Source: Cyanophora paradoxa CCMP329 (taxonomy: Eukaryota > Plantae > Glaucophyta). From it: a DNA stretch of 64,000 nucleotides. The notes beneath the pieces were generated by a model that did no database searches, had not been told where the DNA came from, and saw only the letters and a program-made list of their open reading frames with translations. The translations under genes were made by a program, and so were the position numbers. Of this stretch, positions 47,927-59,690 are shown piece by piece; the first letter of the stretch is position 1; each line of letters begins with the position of its first letter. The stretch covers positions 1-64,000 of the forward strand of contig QPMI01000191.1 in assembly GCA_004431415.1 (NCBI GenBank). The letters run 5' to 3'.

Positions 47927-48277
47927 TTTGCCGCTTTGATACGCTCAAGGGGCTTCGCCGCCGGTGGAAGAGAGGGGATCGAATTCGAAACCGCGAAACC
48001 AAACCAATGCCAGTACCCCTCGCGTGTGGGTACAGCATCCTAAGCGCATTAACCAGCGAGGTCTGTTGGCTCCCAAGCCCCGAACGCGCGCCAGATCAGC
48101 TAGCTCGTCTATTGCATCGTATTATCGCATCGCCGACCGGCGGCCCGGCTCACGCCCAACTCGCTCCGCAGTGGCATCGGCGCTGGTATAAGGCCGTTGA
48201 TATCGGCAGTAAAAGGTGCGCTGATATCGAACGAGGTCGTTGGTAGCCTCCGGCCGCCGCGGGGTCGGGAGGTTGCG

Positions 48278-48952
48278 GATGGCCGGCGGCGGGCCGCGGG
48301 AAACGCATCTCGATCCGCCTAGCACAGGGAACGCGGCGTGCGGTGACCTGTTCCGTCGCGTGCCGCGGAGCTGGTCGCTTCGAAGGCATGATGGTCGCCG
48401 GCTAGGATGGGAGTTGGGGCCGCGCGAAGAGCGAGCGGCGGGGCCGCGGGCGGGCCCAGTGCTTTTCGAAGAACTCTTGCATAAGCGCCTCGCCGAGGGC
48501 GCAGCGCTCGCGGGTCGTCTGGCGGTGCACTGAGCTGACGCCCTCGCCGCGCAGTCCGGAGCCCAGCGCCTGGTCGATGCGAGCTGCCCCTCTCTGCTGA
48601 CGGTGCACGCGCTTCGACTGCGCATTTATCTGCGAAAGCAGAGCAGTGAAGGACTCTCCAGCGAGAGTTCCCCGCCGAGTGCAGGAGGGGCTGCGTGGAC
48701 CTTGTGGTCGCTGACGTCGCTCCGCAGACACTCGGGTATCGATCCGCATCGAGGGGACTCCGGGACTGGCGTCAGTTGGCGCATAACACAGAGGGCCGGG
48801 CACGATGGGTGCGGCCCCGCGTCGAGCGCTCCGGCGCCTCCGGCCTCTGATCGTGCCCCGCAGGAACCACATGGTGAGTCGCCGAGTCTGAAGGCGTTGC
48901 TACTGTTTGAAGCGGCGCCGGGGGCGCAATCCATCCCCTCTTCCAGCCCCCG

Positions 48953-48994
<42 letters not shown>

Positions 48995-49531
48995 TGAAAC
49001 TATGTCGCACTCGCCGCTAACGGCGGCCGCAGGAGCCATCAGTGCTACTGCCGCTACGGCCGGGGGACGCCGAACGACATGGGCAAAAGTGCGGCGCCTC
49101 CGCCCGGTCGCGGCCCGGCACGTGCCCCGCACCTGAGCGCCGGCGTGTCGCAGCGCTGAGCGGAATGGACTGCAAGCTGCGGTGCTGGGTCACGGGCCAG
49201 GTGAACTCCATCGTCTTTGCGCCCGTCCTTCCACGCGAGGCGCGGGGCCGAGGGGGCGGGGGCGGGCGGGGGCGCAGACGTTTGTGGGGGTCTCGCAGCT
49301 GGACGCGGCGGAGCAGACGGTCGCCGAGGGGGCCGACGGCGAGGCCCCCGACGCGATGCTCGAGCCCGACGGCAGCGCCATGGAGAGCGCGGCGCAGGTG
49401 CTTGCGCCCCTGCACCCCTCCCCGCGCCGGCGCCGGCCCACCGCCGGCGGGGCGGGCAGGAGTGGGGCGGCGACCCCGCGGACTTCGTCGCCGCGGACCA
49501 AGCGCTGCCGAGCTCCATGCAGATCGTTTAG
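48278..49531 (+). CDS. Hypothetical multi-exon protein (5' structure uncertain)
   Basis: 3' exons SHQCYCRYGRGTPNDMGK|TLSGMDCKLRCWVTGQVNSIVF|TFVGVSQLD..SMQIV* with host-type introns. Confidence 0.35.
48946..48994 (+). repeat. Poly-C homopolymer, probably intronic
   Basis: Run of more than 40 C. Confidence 0.9.
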
Positions 49532-49697
49532 GGCCCCAGGCTTGAGTTCGTATAATACGAGGTCGCTACGATAGGCATAGACAGGCTCTCTATTGTTCGT
49601 GCGTCCCGTCGCGCCCATGCACCTGCGCGGCGCCGCGTGCGCCTCTGCTCTCCTCTCGCTATCCATGTATTGTGTATTATGTATCTCCACCACGGCG

Positions 49698-51070
49698 CTA
49701 TCGCTTCCGCTTGGCGCCCTTTTTGGGCTTGAGCTGCATCTCGATCTCTGCCTGGCGGGCGGCGGCGGCGGCCTGGCGCTGGGCCTCCTCGGCCTGCCGC
49801 TTGGCGGCCTCGACCTGGACGCGGCGCTGCTGCTCGATCTCCTCGAGCAGCCGCTCCTGCTCCCGCTTCTTCCCCTCCCGCTTCTCCTCCGCCGCCCGCC
49901 GCCTCGCCACCTGCCGCCGGCGGGCCTCGGGCGGGGGCGCGCGCGGCGGGCGCCGCGGGGCGCACCTCCTCGTAAGAGTCGTAGCGGGGGCAGTGCTTGG
50001 AGGAGCGCGCGTGGCCGGCCTCCCCGCACGCCCCGCACCGCTGCCCCCGCACCTTCTTCTCCGACTCCGACCCAGCGGCCGCCCCCCGCCCGAGCCGGCG
50101 GGTCCCGCGCCCCGCCGGCCCCGCCCGGCGCCGGCGTCCCCGCCGCCTCCCACCGGGGCGGGCGGGGCGGGGCGTGTGCGCGCAGGGCGCGCGCTCGCGC
50201 TCGAGGAGGAGGCCCGGCGGGCCCGAGCTCGAGCGCGCCCCTGCCGCGGGGCGTCGGCGCGGGGGCGCCCAGTGGCGTGCGCGCCCCGCCGGCCCCCGCA
50301 CCGGCCGCCGTGCTCGCGTAAGGCGTGCGCTCGCGCTCGAAGAGGGGCGCTCCGCCCGAGCCGCCCGCTGCGGGGCCGGCGTGAGGTCCGGCAGCTCTCT
50401 GGGGAGAGCGGCCTGCGCGGCGGGCGGACCGGCCGGGCTGCCTCCGTAGGGCGCCCGCGGGCGGCCCGGGATGGCGGGCCTGCCCGGGCTGCAGGGCGCG
50501 GGAGGGTGGGCGGCGGGGCGGGCGGGGAGGGGCGCGGAGGGGCGCACCGAAGGGCGAGCTGCTCTCCGCCAGCACTTCGTCGTCGTCGGTGTCGCCGCCG
50601 TCGTCGCTGCCGGCGCCCCCGCCCCGCGAGCCCTGCCCCCGCCACTCGGAGGGCGCCGGGGCGGGCACGCCGCGCCGCGCTCGCCGCCGCGCACCGTGAA
50701 GGCGGGCGGGGCCGGGCGCAGGGCGGCCGGCGCTCCGGTAGTATTCCTCCTGCCGCCGCCGCTGGGCCTCCCGCAGCTGCTCCTCGAGGTCCCCGGGCCG
50801 CCGGGCCCCGCCCCGCCGAGCTCGCCGCGTGCCGGCGCGGGGCGGCGGGGCTGGACGGGCGGGGCGGCGTCGCCCCAGGCCTCTGCCTGGAGGCGCCGCG
50901 CGAGGGCCTCGTCCTCCGCCTCCTGCCCCCGCCACGCGCCCCCGCGGCCCCGCCGCCCCGCCGCCTCGGGCTCCTCCAGCACCACCAGATCCGCCTCGCC
51001 GCGCGCCGCCGCCGGGCCCGCCGCAAGCTCGAACTCGAGGGTCCTTCTCCGACAATGAGGACGTCGCGGT

Positions 51071-51106
<36 letters not shown>

Positions 51107-54100
51107 GGGCGGCGGCGGGGCGGGCGGGGGCGGGCGAGGGGCGCGGGGCGGGCCCGGGCTGCGGAGCGGGGGCCGAGCGCGACGAGGTCGTCGTCGTCGT
51201 CGTCGCTGAGGAGCACCTCGGGCGGGGCGCGGGGGGCGGGGAGCTCGAGGGCGGGCCGGCTGCGGGGCGGGCGGGGGCGGGAGGGCGGCGGGGCGTGCCC
51301 GCCCCCTCCGCCTCCCCCTCGTCCGAGTCCGGGAGGGAGAGGACCTCAGCGAGGGCCCGCTCCCTCTCCTCCTCCTCCCCGTCCCCGTCCTCTCCGCTCA
51401 GCGCCTCCCTGCGCCCCCGCGCTCGACACGCCCCGCCAGCGGGAGGGCACGGGGGGAGGGGCAGGCGCACAGCTCGTCGAAGCCGCTCAGGTCGATCACG
51501 GGAGGGGCCGCCCCGGGCGGCGGCCTTCCCGAACGGCGTCGGATGGGCGCGGAGCACTGCATCGGGGCGAGGGCGAGGGAGGCGGACACGGGGGGCCGCG
51601 GGGGCGGCTCGTCGGGCTGCGTGTCCAGCACGATGGGCTCCGGGGCCGCCGGCGGGTCCGCGCCCCGGCGACCCTCGCCCACCTGCGCGCGCCCCGTCGG
51701 CCGGCGGCGGCGGGCGGGGCGGGAGGGCGGGGGGCGCGGCACCGCTCGATGGCCTCTTGGGCGGCCTCCTGGGACTCGGCTCGCCAGACGTGCACCCCGC
51801 GCTCCACCTGCCCGCGCGGGGGCCCCAGGGCTCGGCGAACTCCCGGGCGCCCGAGCCGGCGCTCCCGGCCCCGAGCGGACCTGGAAGCAGAGCTGCCACT
51901 CGTGGGAGACGGCCACGGGGAGCGTGACCTCCCTCACGCGCCGCAGCTCGGCGCGCAGCTCGTCGGCCATGGCCCGTTGCCGCGCCGCGTCGGGCGTCGG
52001 GGCGCCGGCGCGGCGCGCCCACGCGAACCAGGCGTCGACGTAGGCGCGGAGGAGGCGCGAGAGCTCCGCGGAGGCCTCCCGGTTGTACTTCTCCAGCCCC
52101 TTCAGCAGCAGCAGGCCCCCCGCCGGCGGCAGCAGCCTCAGCGTCTCCTCGCGCCCCGCCAGGATCGCCTCCACGAAATCTTTGGCCCAGACGGCCCGCA
52201 CATCCCGCCGCCGCGCCCGCTCGCCGGCCCAGGGCGCAGCCTCCGCGGCGGCGGCGGCGGGGCCGCGGCGGGAGCGGCCGACGCGGTTGACCTCGTCGAG
52301 GGTGGGCCCGGGGGCGGGGGCGGGGGCGGGGGCGCGGCGGGCGGCGAGGCGGGCCATGCGGGCGATCCAGCGGCTGCTCTGGAAGAGGCTCGGCGAGAAG
52401 ACGACGTGGAGCGCGTCCTGCCGGCCCCCTCAGCTCGAGCCGCCCGCGCAGAGGGGCGTGCGGGCGGGGCGCGGGGGCGGGCCTCGAAGGCGGTCTTGGC
52501 GAGGGCCTCGCGGGCCTCCTCGAGGGTGACGGCGAGGCCGGGCCGGGCGAGGGCGTGCCGGCTCCCCTCCACGAGGTACACCAGCGCCGCCAGCCCGCTC
52601 GCCTTCATCCGCCGCTTCTGCCTCTCGAAGCGCCCGTCCCGCAGCGAGTTGGCGAGGTCGAGCCAGGTCTTGCGCTCGACGCAGAGGGGCAGCGGGCGGG
52701 CCTCGGGGGCGGCCTCGGCGCCCGGGGGGAGGGCGACGTAGTCCCCGACCTTGAGGTCCGCCTTGGCGAGGCGCAACCCCTCCAGCCCCATCAGCTCCCT
52801 CACCTGCGCGGCCCTCAGAGGCCAAGGCGCGGGAGCGGAGCTAGGAGGCGCCCGGAGGGCGGGCGCGCGCCTTGTCGAAGGAGGGCTCGTTGGCGTCCAT
52901 GAGGAGAAGGGGCGTCGCGGCGGGGTCGTCGGGAGCCGGCGGGAGGGGCGCCAGGCCGCCGTACTCGGCGCTGCGGGCGGCCTCGAGGGCCTCCTCGAAG
53001 GCGGCGAGGGCCTGCGCGATCGACCGCCCCGCCGGCTTCAGGCTGTACGTCGCCGGCGCCGTGTTCTCCTTCTCCACCAGCCCTGCCCCCCGCGTCGGGG
53101 GAGGCGAGGGAAGGGGCAGGAGAGGGGAGAGGGGGCGCGCCCTTCTCGATGAGGCCCTCGATGCCGTCGAAGGCGCCGTGGGAGGTCGCGCCCCCGCCCG
53201 AGTCCGCCAGGTCGCTCTCCGTGTACCCCTGGCCCCGCGCCTTCAGCGCCTGCGCGCAGCGTGAGGCCGCGGCGCGGGGCGCGGCGGGGCGGGGCGGGGC
53301 GGGGCGGGGCGGGCGGGGGCGCCTCCTCGTCGAGGCTGTAGCGGGCGGCGGAGGCGGCCCTGAAGAGGGCGACGAGGAGGGCGTAGGGCCCCGAGCGCGC
53401 CCTCGGCGGTACCTCAGCTCCCCCGCCCCGCCCCCTCCCTTCGCCCTCCCCGCCGGGAGCCCGAAGACCTCAGCCCGCGCCGCCACGCGCCGCCGCCTGC
53501 GCCCGGCCCGGCCCCGCCCCGCTCAGAGGGCGAGGGCGGGGCGGAAAGAAGGGCGGGCGGCTCACTTGGCGGAGGGAGGGGTCGCGAGGCCGGCGTCCGC
53601 CGCGGCCAGGCGGGGGGCCGCCGGGGAGACGGTCGCGAGGGCCGAGCTCGAGGCCCGGGACGGGGTGCCCTTGCCGCGCCGCCGAGCGCCGCCCGCCGCG
53701 GCCCCCCGGGCGCGGTCGTCCGCGGGGCAGAACTCCTCGATGAAGCGAGAGAGCTGCGCCCCGGGTGAGGCCCGGCCGCCGCGGCGGCGTGCCGCAGGGG
53801 AGGCGGGGGACGGCGCACGGGCTCGCGCTCGCCGGGGCGCGGGGCGGAGGCGATCTCGTGGAAGCGCTCGAAGCCGGGGCGGAGCTGCCCGAAGAGCCAG
53901 CTCCGCAGGCCCCGCTTCTGCCGCTCCTTCGCCAGCGCCTTCGCCTCCGCCTCAAATGCTTCGAAGCTGGGGAAGTACCGCGGCTGGCCCGGCCGGCTTC
54001 GGGGCGGGAGGGGCCGGGCCGGTGAGAAGGCCGTGGGGCGAACAGCTGCAGGTTCGGTGAGGAGCGGCACCTATTTCTCGAGTTGAACAAGATTGAGAGG

Positions 54101-54555
54101 AGGAGCGCGCCGGAAATCTCCCTCGACTGCCAATCCCGCTCGCCCTTCTTGTCGCCCCGTCCAAACGCGTCCACCTTCTCGTGCTTCGCCCGGTCGACAG
54201 CCTGCACAGCGGTGGTCGCAAGGGGGTCCGGCGGCGACGCGAGGGTGGGTACGGCGAATCCGGAGGCGCGAACCATCGACGCGCACGCCGCTAGATGGGG
54301 GTTCGAGCATGTCTCGATGATGTCGCCGTCTTTCAGTGAGTAGTAGCCCAGCGAGCGGTCGTCCTCGAGCGGCACGTATTCGCCGCCGGCGCCGTCGTGC
54401 CGCCACACGAAGAGCTCCTTTACCTTCCCGCCGAGCTTCTGCTTCAGGGTCCCAACGTTGAGCGACACGTCGACGACGCGCGTCTGCGGGTCCACGCCGC
54501 GTTTGTAGCTTTTGCCGCGGATTTTCAGCTCTAGGGTCCAGGTGATGTCAGCCAT
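49698..54555 (-). CDS. MUS81-like ERCC4 structure-specific endonuclease with N-terminal ubiquitin-like domain, winged helix, SIM cluster and Zn knuckle
   Basis: LLMDANE..GDYV..VERKTWLDLANSLRDGRFERQKRRMK..VYLVEG; MUS81-type WH (YRRGSGPYALLVAL..LIEKGLV..YSLKPAG); LEDDRSLGYYSLKDGDII; CGACGEAGHARSSKHCP. Confidence 0.8.
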
Positions 54556-54777
54556 AAGGACAAGCTTTCTAACTGTGCGAGCGGCCGATACCGCGGCGAT
54601 GCGCGTTTATCCGGATGCGCGTTCACTTCCGCCGATTGATGAACGTGCGGCGAATATCGCTCATTCACAGTGCTAGCTATAGTGGCCGATGAAATGTGCT
54701 AACGACCAATACGCGCTTCTTCTGCTGCCTAAACGGTTCGCGGCCGGGCCGTCGGAGACGAGGCGCAGACTCTGAGA

Positions 54778-54931
54778 AAGGCTGCAGCTGCTGCGCTGCT
54801 GCGACGGAAGGGCTGCAGCTGCTGCGCTGCGCTTGCCGATCGACCGCGTACCCGCCGAGCCGATCGACCGCGTACCCGCCTGCAGGCTGCTGGCAGCCTG
54901 CTGCCAGCCTGCTGGCAGCCTGTTGCCAGCC
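54778..54931 (+). repeat. Three consecutive different short tandem duplications
   Basis: ggctgcagctgctgcgctgc x2; gccgatcgaccgcgtacccgcc x2; ctgctggcagcctgytgccagcc x2. Confidence 0.8.
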
Positions 54932-54948
54932 GCTGCGACCCATGCCTG

Positions 54949-55606
54949 ATGAAGGGCGTGAAAGCGGCGGACAGCTCAAGCGCGACGGCACAGCGCATCG
55001 CTGAGCTGAAGGAGGTGCGGGCCGCATCGCGCGCGTACCGCGTCAGCTGCAGTGTTGAACCCATCGCAGCGTTTGGCTCGCACAGTTGAGCAAATCAAGA
55101 ACACTGAGGAGATCGTCGGCGCCTCCGTCAATGCGCGTGTGCAAGCGTTGGAAGAGACGCGCCAGAGGCTGAGCCTATCTCGAGCGACGCTGCGAAAGAA
55201 AGAGGAGCTCCTGACGTACCTGCAGGTACCGGCGCTGCGCGCACGGTTACTCTAAATCACCGTGCGCATGCGCGTGTGATTGCTGACCCACGCGCGCGTG
55301 CCGCCGAACCAGGAGCGGGAGGCGGCGCTGCAGACGGAGTCGAAGTCGCGGGCGGGGCAGATGGAGCAGCTGCGGCAGGAGCTGTTTGCCGCGGAGGCGG
55401 CCGTGCGAGAGCAGCGGGCGGCGAGCGGCGAGCGAGACGAAGAGCTCCGGATGGCGCAGGCGCGCATGGCCCGCAACGAGGCCGCCCTTGCGAGGCTTCG
55501 AGCGCAGCACGCGGCGCTCCAGGCGCAGGCGCTGGCGCAGACCTCCGGCCTGGCGGCCAGCGGAGACGAGGGCGCCGATGCAGCCACAGCCAAGGCCGCC
55601 ACGTAG
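54949..55606 (+). CDS. Small coiled-coil hypothetical protein (start uncertain)
   Basis: AQRIAELKE|..RLARTVEQIK..LLTYLQ|EREAALQ..AKAAT*. Confidence 0.5.
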
Positions 55607-56057
55607 CGAACATTGGCGCCTTGGCCCGATTTCTTCTGCAAAGGGCGCCCCTGCAGATCTAGAGATGTGCATGTGCAGCCGCGTCGCCTCTCGTGCCGAT
55701 TTTCAAAGCGTGCAGCCTCGTCGCCGCTGGCAGCATGCAGCTCGGGCCTCTGTCAGCTGCAGGGGATAGGAGCCTCTGCGTAGCAATGCGCGTCTGCAGC
55801 CGCTGAGCCATGGTCAAGCCAGCCGGCACTTGTCGTTCCGCAAAGCCTGATCGGTTCCCGATGTCGACCGTAGGGATGTCGACAGTCGTATTGTTGAGCC
55901 GTATGTACAATCACACTCTGCCCTCGCCGAGTCGGGATCGAAAGCCGTGGCCAGTGGATCCGGAGAGAGGGATGGGAGACGGGACGGGCGCTCGCAGAGA
56001 GAGGCAGGGGAGCGGGCGGGAAGGAGCCCGGGGGGCCTCGGAGGCGGCGGGGAGGGG

Positions 56058-57003
56058 TCAAGAGAGGAACTTGGCGGCGCGGGCGGGGTCCGGGTCACTC
56101 AGGCGGCACTCGTCGCGCCTCCCGAAGAAGCTGTAGCGGTTGCTCGCCACCTGCGGGCGCGTTGAGCCCAGTGCTCGGGTTCCAGAGCTGCGGGGAGAGG
56201 CGGCGGCGGCGGCGGCGGAGGCGGCTCGCCTGGTCGTAGAGGAGGTCGCGGACGAAGGGGGGCACGCCGAGGCCGAGCAGGGCGAGGAGGGGGAGCGGGT
56301 TCTGCAGGCGCCGCCCTATCCGCAGCACCGCCTCGCTCTTGGTGAAGGCCCGGCCCTCCGAGATCAGCACGATCGTCGAGATGTCGTCCGGGTCCCGGCC
56401 GGCGGCCCGCAGCAGGGAGCGGCCCTGCGCGAGAATGCGTGAGTGGCGAGCGCTTGCGATAAGCATTGCGCATTAATATTGGCCCGTGGCTCGTGAGGGA
56501 ACGCACTTTCTCGCTCTGGAGCGCGGCGAACCTGAAAGCGTCGCCGCTCTCGAACCAAAGCACGAACTCGACCCCTCCGTTGCACCTACGTATACAGCGT
56601 GGAGGCCCCTTAATGAGCATGTGCACGTGCAAGCGCAGCGTTCAGCTCAGGATCGCCGCGCGAGCGCGCACAGGCCACAGACGCCGTCGTAAAGAATCAC
56701 GGGCTTCGTCTCGCGTCGGAGTACCTCCGGATCCATGGCGCTTGCGCGGGCTCGACAGCTCTCGATGCCCGCTCCGGCTGCGGTGCTCGCTGACGCCGCT
56801 GGGGTCTCCGGTCGCAGACTGGCACTACATCCGAACACGGTGGACGAAGTGAATCGGACGCTGGCAGGCTCCGCCTGAGCTGACGTGTGCTCCAGTCGCC
56901 GGGCCGGTCGCCTTCCGGCTTCACAGGCGACCGAATGAAGCGTTAGTGTAGAGCGCGTGCCGTTGCCGGCGCGCGCCTGCGGCGAGGCGCAGCCGATGAA
57001 CAT
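56058..57003 (-). CDS. DCC1-like thiol-disulfide oxidoreductase (DUF393), probably plastid-targeted
   Basis: PVILYDGVCGLC|NGGVEFV, FRFAALQSEKG, TKSEAVLRI, VRDLLYDQ|VASNRYSFFG; Ser/Ala/Arg-rich N-terminal extension. Confidence 0.92.
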
Positions 57004-57160
57004 TGGACTACGCGTACCCCGCGGACCGCTTTCAGCTTGCTTTGTCCAGACTTCCCCGGCCTCCGGCGGCGTCAAGCAGCTTTGGGGGTAGCTAGCGGAG
57101 TGTTTAAAGACTGACAGATCCGTAACCGCAAGCAGCTCGGCGGCTTGTCGGCGAACCGCG

Positions 57161-59009
57161 ATGTCGGCGGCCTCTTCGTCGATGGATCTCTCAGCGAATT
57201 CGCCGCTAGATGCAAGCGCGATCGCTTTTCTCGGCGACCTTGAGCGATCGCTGAAAGAGAACTACGACCCCGACGTGAGCCGCCTAGCAATCGTCGCCGG
57301 CGCTTCCTCTCACTGCGCCGGCAGGATGTCGTGGTCGCTTTCCATGTCGACTACACGCGGCTCGGTGCGCGCTTGCCCGCGCCGCTGCGAGGGCCCGCCC
57401 GGACCGCGCCAGACCCGCAAGCTCGCAGGCCTCCAGCGGGGCGTGCTGATCTCAATCACCGGCGCGCCGGACTGCCTCGGCGCGTGGGACGTCAAGAAGT
57501 CGCTCCCCATCAACCAGCACGGCGGCCTCTTCATCCGTGCGCGCCCGCGCTCCCTCCCGCCCACGGGCCCGCCCCGCATACCGCGGAGGCGAGCGGGGCG
57601 CGGCAGACCTCTCCAAGTCGCAAATGCCGCTGGAGTTCAAGTTCATCATCCGCAAGGACATCTCCGCCACGGAGCACAGGATCCTCGTGCGCGCCCCCGC
57701 CCCCGAGCCCCGCCCCGCTAGCTGTGCCCCGCTGACGCCCCCCGCAGTGGCAGAAGGGTGCCGGCGTGCCGGCCAGACGCGCCGTGCGCCGCTGAGCGCC
57801 TGCGCGCGCGCAGGGGCGAACTTCTCCATCGGCGAGCTCCTCCCCGACCGCAAGACGCTCAACGTGCAGTTCTTCCTCGGGGAGGGTCCGCCCGCCCCCC
57901 GCCCCCACCTCCCGCCGCCCCCGCCCCGCGCGCGGGGAGCTGAGCGCCGCCCCCGGGGGCAGTGACGGACTGGGAGAAGAAGCCGCTGAACGCGGGCAAC
58001 TACGAGTGGGCGGTGTACCAGCCCTTCCTCACCACGCAGTCCTCCTGCGAGGTCGTCATCGGTGCGCCCGCCGCCGGCAGCGGCGAGCAGCCGGGGGGGC
58101 CGCCGGGCGCGAGGTGACGCGGGGCGCCGGCAGAGACGGACCACATGTACCTGGACGCGAAGTCACGGTCGCGGACGCTGCTGCGGCGCTCGGCGGGGAT
58201 CATCGGCGACGTCCGCGACGCCGCCGAGCACATCCAGGGCCTCAACATGGAGAAGCTCTACCGCCGCCTCCTCCAGCTCCACGCCGAGGTCCGCCCCGCC
58301 ACTCCGCCCCGCTCCGCCCCGGAGGCAGCGAGCTCCGCCCCCCGCCCCCGCTGCGCCTCACGGGGCCGGGCGGGCGGGCGGCCGGGCAGGTGTCGATCCT
58401 GCGGGACTCGATGACGATGGCGGACCCGGAGCCGCCCTCGCTGGCCCGCCACCACGCCGCCATCGCCTCCGCCTCCTTCTCCACCCCCGCCCCGCCCCGC
58501 CCCGCCCCCGGCACCCTCCCCCACTCCGCCTCCGCCGCCCCCTCCCTCGGCCGCGGCGCCGCCCCCTCGTCCCCGAGCGGCGGCGCGGCGCTGCCGCCGC
58601 TCTCGGGGGCGGTGGCGGGGCGCGTCTCGACGCCGACGGGGCGGGTGTCGACGCCGACGTCGCCGCGGGGCCCCGACGAGGAGGAGCTGCGGGCGGAGGG
58701 CGTGGCGTCGCTCTCGCACGAGATCGGGGCGCTGCGGGCGCGCGAGGTGGCCCTCGTGACGGAGCAGTCGGAGCGGCTGGAGCGGCTGAAGAAGCTCCCC
58801 GACGGCCTCTCCAAGACCGTCGAGCGCCAGAAGAAGGAGGGCCTCGAGGCCGAGCTCAAGCGTATCCGCTCCACCCTCGCCGTCCGCGCCTTTTCCCCTA
58901 CCCCCCTCCCCCCTCTCCCTCCCTGTCCCCCCAATCTCCGACGCTCCGCTCGCAGGCGAAGGAGCGGACGCTGGCGGACATGCAGCAGCGCCTCCACAGC
59001 GCTTCCTGA
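57161..59009 (+). CDS. CBM20 (starch-binding)-like domain protein with C-terminal coiled coil
   Basis: VAFHVDYT..ISITGAPDCLGAWDVKKSLP..LEFKFII. Confidence 0.65.
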
Positions 59010-59690
59010 GGGGCCCCGTGCCGGCCGCCCGGGCGGCTCCGACCTCCCGCGCCCCTCCGCCACCCCCCGGGCTGTGCCGGCGCGTGGTCGCCGCACTTCC
59101 CTAGGCCCGTGCCCCGCCTAGCGGGCCGCCGTGGCGTGACCCCCCCGGAGCGCCCTCTTTCCTGGGGCCTCCGGAGCACCTCCTCCCTCGGCTGGAGGTT
59201 GGCTTTCTGTCGGCTGCATGTTGATTGCATCTCTTGAACATGGACGAGCCCCCCGGGCCTCGGAACCCTGAACCCTGGGCCCTTCGGAGCTAAGCTAAGC
59301 TCTTCGCTGACGGGCTGCTGCAGTCGGGGGCCCGGGGCCAGCTTGGCACGCGCAGGGGCTCGCGGCGCTGCGCCGGCAGGCCGCAGGGCGGCAGGCGGAC
59401 CAGTCGGGTACGCGTTCAATCGGCTCGTCTTGAGGTTGCAGTCGTCCCAGGCGACAGCCAAATCGTTCTGCAGTCATCCCATCGTGCATCTGAGCGCGTG
59501 CAAGCATACATGTGCGAGGATGCCAAGGATGCCAAGAACTGGCGCGGCAACCGATACGTATACACAGCCCGAGCAGCTAGCGAGCGCAAAGCTTCGTGCG
59601 TGCCAATTCTAATACAATCTCTCCTATAAGTCCCCAGGGCTGAGTACTCCGTCCCCAGCTGCCGCTAGATCTAGCGGCAGCTCTAGGGCG

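Noticed and set aside
48946-48994. Poly-Pro or poly-Gly coding tract
   Set aside because: It is a homopolymer lying between a GT donor and an AG acceptor, and its length is unreliable.
27813-54555. Functional cluster of DNA-metabolism genes (topA, RPA1, RNASEH2B, MUS81-like)
   Set aside because: They are interspersed with unrelated genes and act in different compartments; chance is sufficient.
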